NCBI RefSeq assembly: GCF_009914755.1
Contig: NC_060926.1
DNA: 64,000 bases
Direction: 5' to 3' (one strand)
Source: the human T2T-CHM13v2.0 reference genome, Homo sapiens
Shown: positions 1 through 15,129 of the stretch, one piece after another
Layout of the letters: the number at the start of each line of letters is the position of its first letter
Numbering within the stretch: the stretch's first letter is position 1
Program-made: the position numbers and the translations under genes
The notes under the pieces: generated by a model
Database searches by the model: none
Told to the model about the DNA's origin: nothing
The model's input: the letters and a program-made list of their open reading frames with translations, nothing else

Positions 1-169
1 ATATCAGCACTACAGAGATTACAAGGGTGACTAAAATGTAGATTCTAGTCCATGACAGTTATTCTTACCTTTAAAGAAGAAGGAGTTGGGAATCCAATCC
101 TTCTTTAAAGGTAAGAAGCGGATTGGGACTCCCAACCTCCTTCTCCTTTCAAATAGAGGCAGGGAAAGC

Positions 170-522
170 AAAAGACTCACTTTCCCAAAGTCTCTTAATT
201 GTTAGAGGTGTGAGTCCCTCAACTGCTGTGTGACAGTTTTGGCCAGTAAGAAGTCTGCTGGAGATGTTCAGAGATTTTTTTCTTTTGTGTTATGGCCCTG
301 AATGCTGACTTGCTGCCTGAGGCTGTGGCAGGCATCTTGCAGTCAAATGGGAAAAAACAGGAGCGTCACCATGATGCTGGTCCTGACAACACTGAGCTGC
401 TGAAGCAATGTCATCTGCCACCTCTTCCCAGCTTTTCTGTCATGTGAGAAAAAATAAAGCCCTATATTTTTAAGCCAATGTCAATCTTTGTTGCTTAAAA
501 CGGAAAAGCATTTGTAACTGAT
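170..522 (+). mobile_element. Old MLT1-type MaLR LTR
   Basis: gccatcttg-like motif, catgtgagaaaaaataaagccc..tttaagcca..gcatttgtaactgata end. Confidence 0.6.
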
Positions 523-591
523 AAAGAGTAATAAAAGTATTTTTTAGGTACACACATAACCAAGTTCAAAGAAGAAAATTACATGAAGTAG

Positions 592-644
592 GCACCACTG
601 TACCCCAGCCTGGGTGATGGAGTGAGACCCTGTCTCAAAAAAAA
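592..644 (+). mobile_element. Alu 3' fragment
   Basis: caccactgtaccccagcctgggtga..gagaccctgtctcaaaaaaaa. Confidence 0.75.
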
Positions 645-1815
645 GCTGTTTGAGTTTGAGTAGCTTATATTTATTAAAGTCCATTTTATGTTTATTTTAT
701 TTATCTTTCTTTCCAGTGTTTCTTAACCATGAAAACAAAAACATCTTAATCCCATTTAATCATGACAAATTACTATTTATTAAAAAAATTAAACTATCAG
801 TAGCCAATGATTCATTGTGCCCTTCACATGATTATTATATGTATATATTCTAAAAATAAATACAATAATGAGCTCCTTGCTTCTGCATAGATACGACATC
901 AAAATTATAGGATGTGCAGGCTTAAGATCAGAGCAGTAAGTCAGAACTCTGATCCTAACCAGCCCCAGGCAAAGCTGTTGATAAAAAACAAAACTTATTT
1001 TAAATAACAACAACAAAAATCCTATCCCAGTGCAGGGAAACGCACTGTGACTACTTGTTCATTAGATTCAAATATCTTTGCTCCTCATGGGCGAGTCCAT
1101 TAAAGAGGCGAATGAAAAGCCAAATTTTCTTTTAAAAAATGAGAATTCTCCAAATTTAATCCAATGGTGAGGATGATCAATTTAGTTATTTATTTAGAGC
1201 GTTTAGAGTGTAAGAACACATCAACTGAATAATTGGCATTAGTGGGAAGGACTGATTTCTATTCTCTGAAACAATCTCTACATAGATAATTTTGGAATTT
1301 TCCAGATCTGTACATTGTCAGATTTCTGTAAGTATGCTTAATTCTGAAACAGTAATAATTAAGGATATTTTGTGCCAAGGTATCAAGACTAAAAATTCTG
1401 TTTTGTGTCTCAGTTTTCCCAAGCAAATTAGTCTTGAGAAGTTATTTTAGTATAGAGTTAAATACTAAGTTACATAAGAAAATAAACTGATGTATTATAG
1501 CCTCTAATATTGCTATGTATTTTTAATATTCAGAATAGCGCAAAACAGAGATGACAGATTAAATCTGTTAACATACATTCCCTGTGTTTAGTAGAGCTAC
1601 AAAATACATGAAATTATTTTTAATAAATAAATTATGCCTCTAAAAGGGTACGTGCTGAAAAAATGTCTAACTTTACTATGTTAGTTAATGGGAATCTAAA
1701 CAAATTAAGAAAATAAATTTTTTCTTCTTGCTTAATTTGTATATACTTTATTTGCATTTACTAATTTGTATTTGATTTTATTTAATTAGTATTTAAATAC
1801 TTCACCCATAGAACT

Positions 1816-1844
1816 TGTGTGTGTGTGTGTGTGTGTGTGTGTGT
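1816..1844. repeat. (TG)n microsatellite
   Basis: Direct reading. Confidence 0.95.
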
Positions 1845-3089
1845 CTGCGTGTATTGGTTCTGTTATCCCTTCATAGCTTCAGAAAGCTGATCTATTTATG
1901 GCTAAAATACATTAGTCTTGGAATATGCAAGTATTCGTGACTCTCAAGTATCCTAAAATCAAAAGCTAATTTATTTTACTCTTAAAATATATTTAAGCTT
2001 CTAAAGATTGTCTGTCTTTGCTTGTGTCTGTCACAGATGGATTTCTATTTAGCAAATATTGTACAACCTGAGAGCAAGGGACTGTCCCTTCTTACATACA
2101 CATCATTCTCAGCCTCCTCCACTCCCAAACTAACTACCACCATACACACACCATTTTTTAACAAAACCAAGGAGTCATAGCTTGTTTCTTTTAAAATTTC
2201 TTTGCAAACAAAAACTAATGGCTCGTGTTTTGGAGTGAAAGTGGCCAATTTCTCAACAAAGGCAGTCGGTAGCAAAGAGAACTTTCTGCTCCCAAAATAG
2301 AAGCAGTGAATCTTCTGTCCACTCCTGGCTGACAGGTATTGGGGAAGCCAGGCAGAACCACTCAAGAATGGGGTCCCAAATGCGTGTGCATATCTGCATA
2401 TCTGTGCATACACATACATATCTCTCTCTTTTTCTCTCTCTGTCTCTCTTACACATTTCCAGCTGGCCATCTGGCCTTAGTAATTAGCTCCATGAAGTAA
2501 AACTGATTTTGGTATATGGAGACCCTACTAAGTTACTGAATTCAACTTTGATACCTAAAGAGTTTAACCAAACCTTTCTAAGATTTTCCTAGTCATGCAA
2601 TCATTAGGTTTCCGTTTAACTTCTTTCAACTCATTCAGAGGCTGATCTTTCATGCACCATCACTTTTTAACCCCTAAAGTTATTTTCTATTACAGAGGAA
2701 AATTTTTTATAAATATATATATTTAAAACTCATTCTTAAAATCAAGTTGAATCATGATCAAACTCTTTCAACTCTTGCTAGCTTCACCAGAGCTCATATT
2801 GGTGTTACCAATAACTTGTTTTTCAATGCCTCAACTTTTTTGACAGAATTAACTGGCACTCTCAGGATTTGGTTGGGAGTTTGTTTTTGTTTTGATTAAC
2901 TGTGTTTATATTTATTTTTAAGCAATTCAATAAAAATAACCAAATTGAAATAATGTATTACAAAATCCATCATTTGATTGAACTAACTGACCAATTCAGT
3001 CATGAGTGTAATCAAATACAGTGCAAAATACCAAGACTGAAATTTAAATTCGTTCAGAAATATAGAAATTCAGAATATGTAACTACATT

Positions 3090-3121
<32 letters not shown>

Positions 3122-4734
3122 ATATATATATGCAAATCATGGTAATGTACTCTCATATATATATATTCATATATATATAAATATATATACATATCATGGT
3201 AATGTACTCTCATCAGACAAGAAGGTACTACCATTGGGCATGTTTAGGTAACCTGAAAATACAGTGTACTTTGAAGAGCTTTGAATACATGGAACTGTAC
3301 AGAACAATATTTATGCTACTAAACAGTGTGTAACAAGGTGTGGCTCTTGAGTGCCACATCATAATTATTATTTAGACTTTTGAGCTTGTTCAACCATCAC
3401 TTATAAGTACCAGGAGAGAAGCTAGGCTGAGAGCATGGCAGGCTGCAGCCTGGGTGGGTAGATTGTCAAGTGGTCTGAGTTTGTCTTCAGAGCCTCCCTT
3501 CCCTTTGCTGGGCCTTCCTTGGTTGTGTCTCCCTCATTTGCCCTCCAAGTACGCCCCCATACACTTCCTCCACTACCAAACCAGTCTTCTACCCCTCAGC
3601 AAAACATGCTCCAGAAAATGATGGAATACATTTCCTTTCATGCGTAAATAGCTAATGAAGCTTCATTTGATATCACCCCTGAATTATTTAAATTTTAGTT
3701 ACACAACAAATAAACAAAGAATAAAATATTTAATTTTCTAATTTCACGATCCTGGTAAGTGAAGACAGTACTTTTGTAGTAGGAGGTGACACTCTTCCCA
3801 GCGAAAGGGCTAGGGGAAGTATAGTAAGCTCAAATTATTTTCAGAATTTGCTATAGATACTCATCTAAACTTAGATCAGGTGAAATATTTCCATGGAAAA
3901 TGTGAATGCTGGTATTTGCTTATGCCAAGTAATTGGTAACTTGTAGCTTGATAAATTAAACCATAATTATTTTCAAGAGTCATTTTACCCTGAGTTGTCT
4001 CCAAATTACTGTAATCTGTAGAAAAATATTTGGTTGTCCACTGCCCAGAGATATTGATCTGTCATTTTTCACTCTGTTCCTGTTGCCTATTTTAACACAT
4101 TATAATTTGGCTCATAGACAAAAGAGAACAGTCCAATTTTCTTATTTTAGTATTAAGATAATGAAAATAGTAACTTTGTACTAGGTTAAGCAAGAAACAT
4201 CATGTGAGACAAAGGGCAGGAAAACATGTTAGAATTAGGAGGATGATTGCCAGGCAATTAAGTATTAAAGTTTCCCAATATGTTGAGGCTGTATGTTAAA
4301 TCTTTCTAATATTTCATGAGCCACATAAAGAGTAACATCCAAAGCAGCATTAGCCGATATCCCAATCCCTGTCTCTCTTGTCTCTGACAATGGACATCGC
4401 AGTGCGAGATGTGTCTGCCCAGTTCTGCAGCAGTTTGTGTAGCTAATGAGAGATGTTCATACCCTAGGGCTGCTCAAGCTCCATGTTTTTAACATGAGCA
4501 CTGAGGGTTGTTGGCGTTTTAGGCTGCACTCTTGTAATATGACTTTCTCTCTCCCTCTTTTTCTTTCTTTTTCTATTTTCTTTGCTTCTTATCACCTCCA
4601 TCCAGTGGCCTTTCAGTGATCCCTACTGTGGTTGTATTTCCCAGGAGATCCAACAAAAACAGGTACAAGCGTTTCCAAAGTCTTTTCTCAGAATGTAAAG
4701 GGAAACGGGAGAATTGCTTTGACTAGGCAGGATG

Positions 4735-5052
4735 TTTTTTTGTTGTTGTTGTTTTTGTTTTGTTTTGTTTTGAGATGGAGTCTCACTCTGTCACCCAGAC
4801 TGCAGTGCAGTGGCTCCATCACAGCTCACTGTAGTATCAACCTCCCAGACTGAAGCGATCCTCCCACTTCAGGTCCCTGAGTAGCTGAGACTACAGGCAC
4901 ACTCCACCATGCCTGGCTATTTTTGGATTTTTTATAGAGACTGGGTCTCGCTGTGTTGCCCAGGCTGGTCTCAAACTACTGAGCTAGCGCAATCCACCCA
5001 CCTCAGCCTCTCAAAGTGCTGGGATTACAGGTGTGAGCCATCGCACCCAGCC
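4735..5052 (-). mobile_element. AluJ
   Basis: Antisense Alu; TSD AGGCAGGA. Confidence 0.9.
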
Positions 5053-6731
5053 CAGGCAGGAAATTTTTAAATGAGCTATGATTGGGGATTCTGAAGTGTT
5101 CTTCCTAACCTCATACCAGTTCATTTTCACAATGGAAGCTACTGCAGGTCTCAGGTGGAGAACTCAGACAGATCGAATCTTTAGTGAGCAGTTGACATGC
5201 AAGGGAAGCAGCATGATATGCTGAAAAGAACATTGGTCCAGGAATCAGGAGATCTGAATTCTAGACCTGCTGCAAATAAAGTAATTTAAATCAACATTTA
5301 TTTGCCCTGGGCCTCATTTTATTCATCTATAAAAATAGATGATCATCAAGGTCCTCTCCAGTATTAAATTTCTGTGAAATCTACAAATTCTACCAATCTG
5401 TAGAGGTTCTATAAAAAGGTAACTGATGAGTTAAATTATTAAGTAGAAGTCTGACCTTCCAAGTAATCATAGCACCTTCAGAGAGGAAGAAAAACGACAA
5501 AAACGACAACAGAACAGCAAAGATGGTTCACCCCCTTCTTTTGAAATTATTCACTGTCTTTCTAGTAACAGCTCTGACTATTATAGGCTAATATTTGTCT
5601 TTTGGCCTAGTCATATGTTATCTGGACACTAAGCGTCTGAGGCAAAGGAACAGGAAGTAGTTTCAGTTATCGATATCATATTCTTAAAGCTCCTTATACC
5701 ACAATTATCCAGTTTGGAACTCTGGCAATATAAAGGAAACCCTTCTTTTATATAATTCACAGAAATAATTTGTTAAGACAGAAAACAGATTTACCAATTT
5801 GGAGGTCAATGAACTTCTTGGTTGATTTAGAGATAGTTGTCCAGAAGGCTTTAGGGATCTTCGATTTCCTGGTAATAATATGTCACCCATACACAAAGCA
5901 CTTTAATGTGATTCTTCATGCCATGTTATTTTTGTCTTCTTTTCATAAAGTTATACTATTTAAGCTCCTTTGTAATCTATATTAAAACATTGAATGATGT
6001 TCTAATTAAAGTAATAACAATCAAAAATTAAAATTACTTAACAGGAAAGTCATCATTTTCTGATTTTTTTAATTGGATGCCCAGTAGCTGAGGTGAATTA
6101 AAGACAAGTTCTCCTAAAGGAATTAAGCTTAAATTTACTTATGCTAATTCACTTGAGGTTAGAACAGTTGTAAAACAATGTAGAGCAGGTTCCTCAAAGA
6201 TAAAACTATCAAATTTGGCCTTCTACTTGAAGATAATACTGTGGTTTGACATAAATAATAGACATTGTAAAAACACTCCGGAGAAACTGACATAGAAAAA
6301 CCATCAAAATCTGATAGGCAGTGCAAAAACAGTGCTTATTGGAAAAACACAACACACTTGATTTAAATAAAACTGGAAAACAAGTCTAAAATAATAAACA
6401 AAAAGCCAACAATTTTATTTCACCATCTCTGAATATTTCATGATTGTGTCATTGAATTTTCTGATTCATTCCCATGACTGTCTTCCTCTGCCTTTGTCCT
6501 TATTTTGTAGGGCTCAAAATGTGTACAGATCACCCTGTTAGAAGTCTAGAAGACCACATTCCCCGTAAAAGTTGCTTCAGTCTGGTTATTTACCTATAAA
6601 ACAAGAAAATTAAACAAAGTTCTCTGGGTTGGGTATTTTAGATTTTAAAAATCTTTTTAGAAGCTGAATCTATTCTTAAGAAAAAAAATCTTATCTATGA
6701 AACCCAATAGTGTAAATAGATACAAGAGTAG

Positions 6732-6734
<3 letters not shown>

Positions 6735-6769
<35 letters not shown>
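6735..6769. repeat. (TG)n microsatellite
   Basis: Direct reading. Confidence 0.95.
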
Positions 6770-6770
<1 letters not shown>

Positions 6771-8976
6771 TGTGTGCATAGGGTCACAGGGTGAGAAGGG
6801 GCACAGCCCTATGCACTGGGCCTCTCCTCCTCTACTTGATGATCACTGAGCCATCACAGAGTTTGAGAATAACCGTGATCTCTTAGCTATTTCTCCATAC
6901 GGGCTCTGATATTTGACTCATATTTGCACTCTGTTTGGTACTGCAATTATTATGTTGCAACAGAGCCAACTACATAGCAATGTTTTCCCAGCCCTGAGAT
7001 GTTATAGAGGCACCTCCGGACTCTTGGGGGTAATGATATCCAAAAAAGAAGCCTCGCCATTGGGGTTCTGTAACTTTCTATGCCCCGCACCCCATTTCAA
7101 CCAGAGCATGTATGTTTTACATATTTTATATGTTTTAGGGTCATATAAAATGTAGTTTGAGAAAAAGACTCTGTGGCTTAAAAAGTTCAAAATCCGCTGT
7201 TATGGAACAGTGTTTCTAACCATTGTTTCACCTTGAAGCACAAGAAAAATGGCATTGGCATGCACCTCACAGTTTTGTAAGCATGCCCAGAAACATAGGC
7301 AATATCTCCACCCCTTTTCCTCCCTCTCAAGAACACATAAAAACTTTTCAAGAGGATGACCTCAATGTTACTACAGAGTTTGCCTTGAATATGTGTATTT
7401 GTTCCTCCTTTGTGGCTAAAATGATTGCTGTTCCCACAATTTCTTGTAAGCAAGAAATGAATAGGAAAAAAAAAAAGAAATGAACTGAGTTAACTTTAAC
7501 TAGTTCTTTATTTATAGAATTATTCTATCCTCATGCAGGAACTTTAGCAACCACAAAAAACTAAGTTTGATAGTTAAAAAGAACTACAATGCACCACTAA
7601 GTGCCTTCTTAGCTACCTCATGATTTGTAATTCAACTTCAAGGTGGCATTGGCAAGTCAGCACCATGAAGGGGCCTGATAGTAGCTAGTTTCCTTTTTCA
7701 ATTCTTTCTAAATGATGAGCTTTAAAAGAGATGAGAATCACCAATACTTGGAGCGAGGTGAAGGGACAATATGGAGGATTTAAAGAGATGATTTGATATG
7801 TCCTTGTTTTTAAAGCCTGGTATATTTAAAATGCATGTGTGTGTAAATACATATGTGAAATATTAACTGATATTTTAATTACTGCCTACAAATAGTAATC
7901 ATTGAGGTTTTTAAAAATGAAGTTGTTTGTATAGCCACAATGTCCATAATCAACAATCAAATGTATAAATGAATCAGGGCAAAATCAACCATTACTAAAT
8001 TTGAGGCAACACAGCCTTTCCTTCTCCTTCCAAGTCTCCCATCGTACTATATGCACTTTACATAGTACTGAGGTGGGAGGGTGTATGCAACCACTCCAAA
8101 TCCAGAGTGTATATCTGTCATCTCTGAGAAGCTACACAGCTTGGAGCTAGAGGGAAATATTTGTGGTTTTGATACCTTCCTGACCTACCTGAAGTGTGAG
8201 GTGAGACATAGTGGCTCCCTGAACTCTACTTCATAACTTAAACATGAAAAGGTCTTGACTGCTTAGGAAATGCAATAAATACATAAAAATAATTTTTACA
8301 AATATGAAAACGTCCATCAGGTAAGTGTACAGGATGATTTATGGTTACAATCCAGGTCCTCTATTTCAGATTCTTTCTTAAAATGTCCAACCTTCACGTA
8401 TTATCAGTTCCAGGGAAATTATTATCCACCATGCCCGAACAAAAAGAAAAGTCAATCCAGCCTTTTGTTTGTTTGGTTGTTTTTTTGTTTTTCTTTTTGT
8501 TTTTGTTTTGATAGAGGGATACCATGCTCTAACAGAAATCTAATTTAAAAACAGCTCATCACAAATGTATTAGAAATCAAATTTGTTATTTTTATATCAG
8601 ATAGGTTTCTCAGCTATAGAAATATATATATTTATTAAAATAACATATGTATTTCCTTTTCTTCACCAAAAAAAATCTCGTTCAGAAGACTAAAAATTTC
8701 ACAAAGAGAAAATATTTTCTACTGTGGAAACTCAGTAAAATTAATGTTACTGCTATGTGCCAAACTTCCCATATAAAGTTAGATACCAAATGATACTGGC
8801 AATATTTACATTTTTATAAATTCATTTAAAAATTTACATAACAACACAGAGACAATTGTAATGCATGTTTTTAAAATATGAAATAGATGCTTTTAGAATA
8901 GAATAGAATCTGAATTTGAAGGAACTATTGAGGTCATTTTGTATTTCTCTGTGTGTGTGTATACATATGTTTATAT

Positions 8977-9361
8977 ATAGGTGTTTTTATTCTGCCAGGG
9001 AAATGGAGCTTGCAAAGTACAATTGTCACAAACACACAAAATTCTCTCAAACACAGATTGTATGGGATATGTTTGCACAGACTCATTGCCATTGCTGGGC
9101 CTGGATCTCAACCTAGTGATAGCAGTCAGTCTTGAGAGTAGTACAGGAAATTCTTTGCTGGCATCCCCATCACAATTCCAAACCTGTACAACAAAGCTTG
9201 AAGATGTTTTAACAAAGCAAAAACCTTTCATTCCATGATTAAAGATAAGACTCAAAACATATTTCATGAGGGTAACAGGTTTACTCAGACTGACCCAATA
9301 GTCACATTGACTGAAGCCTTCTTCCTCAGTCCCCATTTGACAGCAGCTTTGGAAAGGGCTG
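8977..9361 (-). repeat. Inverted duplication, copy A (385 bp)
   Basis: Reverse complement of 14249-14633 with about 6 mismatches counted by eye; ORF-track peptides 8971..9426(-) and 14274..14783(+) are near identical. Confidence 0.95.
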
Positions 9362-9369
9362 ACTGGTGA

Positions 9370-9915
<546 letters not shown>

Positions 9916-11596
9916 TGAGATTTGCTTGAGGAAACAAGCATTTGTGTTTTTTATTTTACAATTGGCTCATATTTGAGGGAAGGAGGTAGAAATCTCACTT
10001 TCTACACATATAGACTGAAAAATAAAGCATAGCATCATAGGGTTGCTGTGAGGATTAAATGGGTTAATCTAGGAGGTAGAGCAGGGAAATCTCATTTTTA
10101 ACTTAATCTAGAAGTTGTAGACTTGATATTTGTCAATTGGTTAACTGAGTCTTATTCAAATTATAATTATCAATCTCCTAATAAAGCATAACTTTTTTAA
10201 AGTTGTTCTTTCAAGATATCTATTATTCCCTAGGGAAATAAAAAAAGACTATAAAAATGCTTGCCATCAGTTCTGCTGTTTTCCTTTCAGAAGTCATGTA
10301 TGTGCTGTTCAAGGTCATGGATATTTTGGGATTTGAGATAGCAAACAATCCTGACATTTTTGATCAACACTTGCAAAATGGCAAAGAAGCACATTATGAA
10401 AGAATTGCAGGAAGTGGAGCTCTGAGTAGTAGAAAGCAAAGAGAAGACACGACCTTGCATGCTTCAGCCTTCCACAAGCTTGGATCTCTCACTATCTCAC
10501 ATTCCCAGTGACGTGTGTCAGATATCAGCTTCAGCCTCTTAAAGGACTGCAGACTCATACTGGTCAAAAACAAACACTCCGCAAACCGAAAACAACTCAG
10601 TCATTGCCTGGAGTTTAGTATTAAGGGAAAAAGTGTTTTGTTAGTTTCCTCTTTCTAAACTTAATAGTCCGTGTATGGATATTTGGAAAAGAAATGTCAT
10701 TGTTTAGGCTTCTTTTTGCTAGGAAAAAAGGAAGGAAGGAAAGAAGGAAAAAGGAAAGAACGAAGGAAGGAAGAAACAGGAAGAAACCTATTAGCTATAC
10801 ATTCTTTTTTTTTTGGCAAATTCCTCTTCCAAGGTTTACAACAAGGGAAAAAAATATCATATATGGACTAATTTAATATGCATTATCTTCCCTAGATAGA
10901 GGTGAAAGAGTCATATATAACCAAACTATTTTTTTTCAGTTGAAATCAGTTGGTGAAGTTCCATTATAATAATAACATGTGAATCACCACAATTCAAAAG
11001 CCAGCTATGGCATCTGCAGGCATGTGTGAGCCTTGATACCACTCCTTCCCTCTCACATACTTGCTTTCAGCTTCCCTGCCGGAGTGGGCATGTGAGAACA
11101 GCTAGCTCAGCTCTCACTAGTGAGAGGAAAAAAATATACAGTTTGGTTTTCATTTTTTGCTGACACCATATATTTAAACTGGCATGTTTAGACATTTTAG
11201 ATGGCAAAGGACCCTTAGGTCAGAAAGTCAACCTTTAATAATGCAGAGAAAGCAATTGAAAACATACTTTTGGGGGCTGTAAACTACAATTCCCATTTTG
11301 CTATTAAAAAAAACTCATGTCTTTATGGTTTCATGACTAGCTCTTTCCTATTGGAAATGCAATTAGGCTCTGCTACCTCCATTTATTTTAGTTATCACAT
11401 GCATTTTTATCATACATATTTATTCTGTCTCTAGCAGTGCAAAGAGGGATCATATTGAAGTTCTGGGAGACTGCCAAATCACATCTTTGGTAAAGTGGGC
11501 TGCACAGTCTCTGGGATAAAGGAAATTCCTGTTTAAAGGGGCCCATTTGTTCTTAGACTTAAGTTTGTATCATGTGAGTTTTATCCTGGGATTTGT

Positions 11597-11925
11597 ACAG
11601 TTGGCCCTCCATATCCATGGATTCTGCATGCAAGGATTCAACTAACAACGGGTGGAAAATATTCCCCCCAAATTTAAAAATAACAATATAACAATGCAAG
11701 TAATACAAATTTTAAAAATACAGTTTAATAACTATTTACATAGGATTTACATTGTATTAGGTATTTTAAGTAATCAAGAGATGCTTTAAAGCATATAGAA
11801 GGGTATGTGTAGGTTAAATGCAAATACCATTTTATATAAAGAACTTGAGCATCTGTAGATTTAGGTATCGGGGTGTTGAGGAGCGTCCTGGAACCAATCC
11901 CCATTGGACATGGAGGGACGACTTT
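11597..11925. mobile_element. MER2 (Tigger-type) DNA transposon
   Basis: TA-cagttggccctccatatccatgg ... catggagggacgact terminal inverted repeats. Confidence 0.8.
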
Positions 11926-12528
11926 ATATGAAATTGCTCCTAAAGCGTAGGATATATGGAGAGCCAGTTTTAACTAGTTTGTTTACACTGAGCCTAGTGC
12001 AAGACAGATCTGTGAGGGGGAGGAAAAGAAGGGAGAGATCAACCTGCCAGCAAGGGTCTATGACTGTTCAAACCAGTTGAACATGCTTATGGAAGCAGGA
12101 AGCACCCTGGATGAAACTAGGTCCAAAAATAATGGCCTTACACTGTGTAAGGGTGTCATAACATTAATGTTCTGAGGCTGACCCATTTTGGCAAAGCTTT
12201 GCAACAACTTGGCTATACAATGTGGAAGTTTGTGTGCTAACTAGAAATCAGGAATATGGATTTTCATGTCTGGTTGCAGATTATAAGCTTAAAACTGAGT
12301 TCTAACGATCTTACAGTCTACTTATTATTGTACAGCATAGCTCAATCCTCTTATTGATGCCTGAATAATGGGAGCATGGTAAAAATATAATGTTTCCCAA
12401 GGGTTTCTTCACATCTAAGGGTCTGAAGACATTCTCAGATCCTTGTATTTTGAATTTTGGGGTGTGTGTGTGTGTGTGTGCATGTGGCTGTTTTCAATTC
12501 AATGATGGTATTTAAAATTATTGTTTAC

Positions 12529-12828
12529 GGCTGGGCGCGGTGGCTCATGCCTGTAATCCAAACACTTTGGGAGGCTGAAGCTGGCTGGTCACTTAAGTCC
12601 AGGAGTCCAAGACTAGCCAGGGGCAACATGACGAAACCCCATCTCTTAACAAAGAAAAAAAAGGAAAGTAGCCAGGTGTGGTGGTGCGAGCCTGTAGTCC
12701 CAGCTACTCAGGAAGCTGTGGTGAGAGGATCACTTGAGCCTGGGACGTGGAGGTTGCAAGATCACTACACTCCAGCCTGAGTGACAGAGAGAGACCTCAT
12801 CTCAAAAATAATAATAATAATAAATAAA
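12529..12828 (+). mobile_element. AluJ
   Basis: ggctgggcgcggtggctcatgcc..; TSD TAAAATTATTGTTT. Confidence 0.9.
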
Positions 12829-12989
12829 ATAAAATTATTGTTTACTCTTACATAAATGAAAATTTTCTTTTATAGTGATAATTCATAACTGAAAGATGCT
12901 TTCATGAATTATGCCATAAATCAGTGTGTTTTAAACCAAGGACTTGACATATTCTTGGTGATAGTCATAAAAGGAGTCTGTTCTTTACT

Positions 12990-13160
12990 CAAGCATGAGA
13001 AACACTATGTAACTTTGGGCGAGTTGACCTTGAGCCCCAATTTCTTGCCCCATAAAACGGGATTTATAGTAACTCTTTCTGAGGGTTGCTCTGGATTAAG
13101 TGAAGACAATGTCTATAAAGCATCTTGGGAATTAGGAGGTGCTCAATAAATATTAGTTCT
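12990..13160 (+). mobile_element. MIR
   Basis: tgtaactttgggcgagtt..gagccccaattt..ggattaagtgaaga..gctcaataaatattag. Confidence 0.6.
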
Positions 13161-14248
13161 CTTCCCCCTCTGAGCTCCTTTTCCTCATTCTCCAGGGGAT
13201 ATGTAGAAGCACAAAGGAGATACAAGGACTCCAATTATAGAGAGAGTAGTTAGTTTTCTTTCTTCAAGTAAAGAAGTTAGAATGGTTTTAACAAGTTGTT
13301 GCCATATGTCAGGCTTCTATAAAGCTGTATGTAGTCACAATGTAACTTCCGTTTCATTGAGAATACATCTCATAATTACATATAGAATGTTTTAGCTAAT
13401 ACAAATGTAACCAGAGTGCTTTATATTTTCCAGCCTTCTGGGCAGTCCTTTTCATTAACAACCAAATAAACATCGTTCAAACCCTCATTTGCTTGCCCAC
13501 AAGAAAATGAGTCTCCTTCTGGGTATTTTTGAGAGCTCCTTCGAGTCCTGCCTGTTTTATTGTCACTTGCCACTTTTTATTAAACTATCCTCCCAGTTCT
13601 TGGTTGTCACTGGCCATTCGATCCCCATACTCCGTGTCAATCTTTCTCCCTCTTTTTCACAGCTCCCAAATGAGGCCAGAGCCCCTTCTTCATGTCCCAG
13701 GGCAGTGTGAAGACAGGTGGACACTAGATTGTCTTAAATTCTCTTCCCAGGCTCCAGCAGGAGGTGTTTCCAGACTCTTTCCTTGGGTCCTAGCCTGCTG
13801 TTGGGTTCAGCTGCCCTGTATATTTGATACATTTTTCCTGACCTCTTTCTCTCCAAGTTCCTAGGCCTCAATCCCCTATTACTCTACCTGGATGCTCACA
13901 GTACTCAAATCAGGTAGATCTACATAAAGACTCTCTCAATGTTTTTCCTCACAGCTTTAAAGCTGAAATATCTCCAAAGTTAGTAACTAAAATCTGGGTT
14001 CTCATTCTGTTAATATTATTAGCTAACAGATTTTATTAACTATTTCTATACAATAATTTCATTGAATTTGGGCTTGATTGGCAAGGGGAAAGATGGGAGT
14101 TCTAGAAGATGCAGATATGTATATATACATATGCATATATATATTTGTATTTCTGTGTGTGTATATAAACATATATACACACACACAGAGGGAAATAAAC
14201 AAGACTGTATAAAAATGCTTGCCATCAGCTCTGCTGTTTTCCTTGTAG

Positions 14249-14633
14249 CAGCGCTTTCCAAAGCTGCTGTCAAATGGGGACTGAGGAAGAAGGCTTCAGT
14301 CAATGTGACTATTGGGTCAGTCTGAGTAAACCTGTTACCCTCATGAAATGTGTTTTGAGTCTTATCTTTAATCATGGAATGAAAGGTTTTTGCTTTGTTA
14401 AAATATCTTCAAGCTTTGTTGTACAGGTTTGGAATTGTGATGGGGATGCCAGCAAAGAATTTCCTGTACTACTCTCAAGACTGACTGCTATCACTAGGTT
14501 GAGATCCAGGCCCAGCAATGGCAATGAGTCTGTGCAAACATATCCCATACAATCTGTATTTGAGAGAATTTTGTGTGTTTGTGACAATTGTACTTTGCAA
14601 GCTCCATTTGCCTGGCAGAATAAAAATACCTAT
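14249..14633 (+). repeat. Inverted duplication, copy B (385 bp)
   Basis: See copy A; 4.9-kb spacer between the copies. Confidence 0.95.
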
Positions 14634-15129
14634 TCTAAATTTCCTTTCCTTGAAAATGATAATAGTAAAGCATTTTGCCAAAATGTTTTCACAGGCATCA
14701 GCCTCACAACACCTGTGAGGTGGGCAAAGTTGGCCTTGTTTCTTCATTCTACAGATTGGGAAGACAATGCTCAGAGAAATTGATGATCATGGTAAGGCTC
14801 AAAGAACCCAAGTAATCTCAGAATTCTTTCATTTGCTGCAGTGCGTCCCAAACACAACACCAGGGTCAGATTCCTGAATCCTGTCCCTAAAAGATCTGGA
14901 GTAGGTCTGGGGATCTGCATGTTTGTAAAAATCTCCCTAATAATTCTGGCGCTCAGACAGTTCACCCTAATGAGGTCATAATCAGCAGATAACTGAAGGA
15001 AATGCTGACATATCTCGGTGTCTACTGTGATCATCCCCCCATCAGCTCTATGTTCAATTAGATTGAATACTCAATGGAACTGACTGAGAGAGGTCAGAAC
15101 AGAAATAAAGAAAGCAGAGAAGGAAGTAA

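Noticed and set aside
3090-3213. Duplicated 21-mer ATCATGGTAATGTACTCTCAT (similar short tandem duplications at ~20020-20100, ~25245-25320, ~60425-60470)
   Set aside because: Ordinary slippage duplications in AT-rich DNA, with no evidence of function
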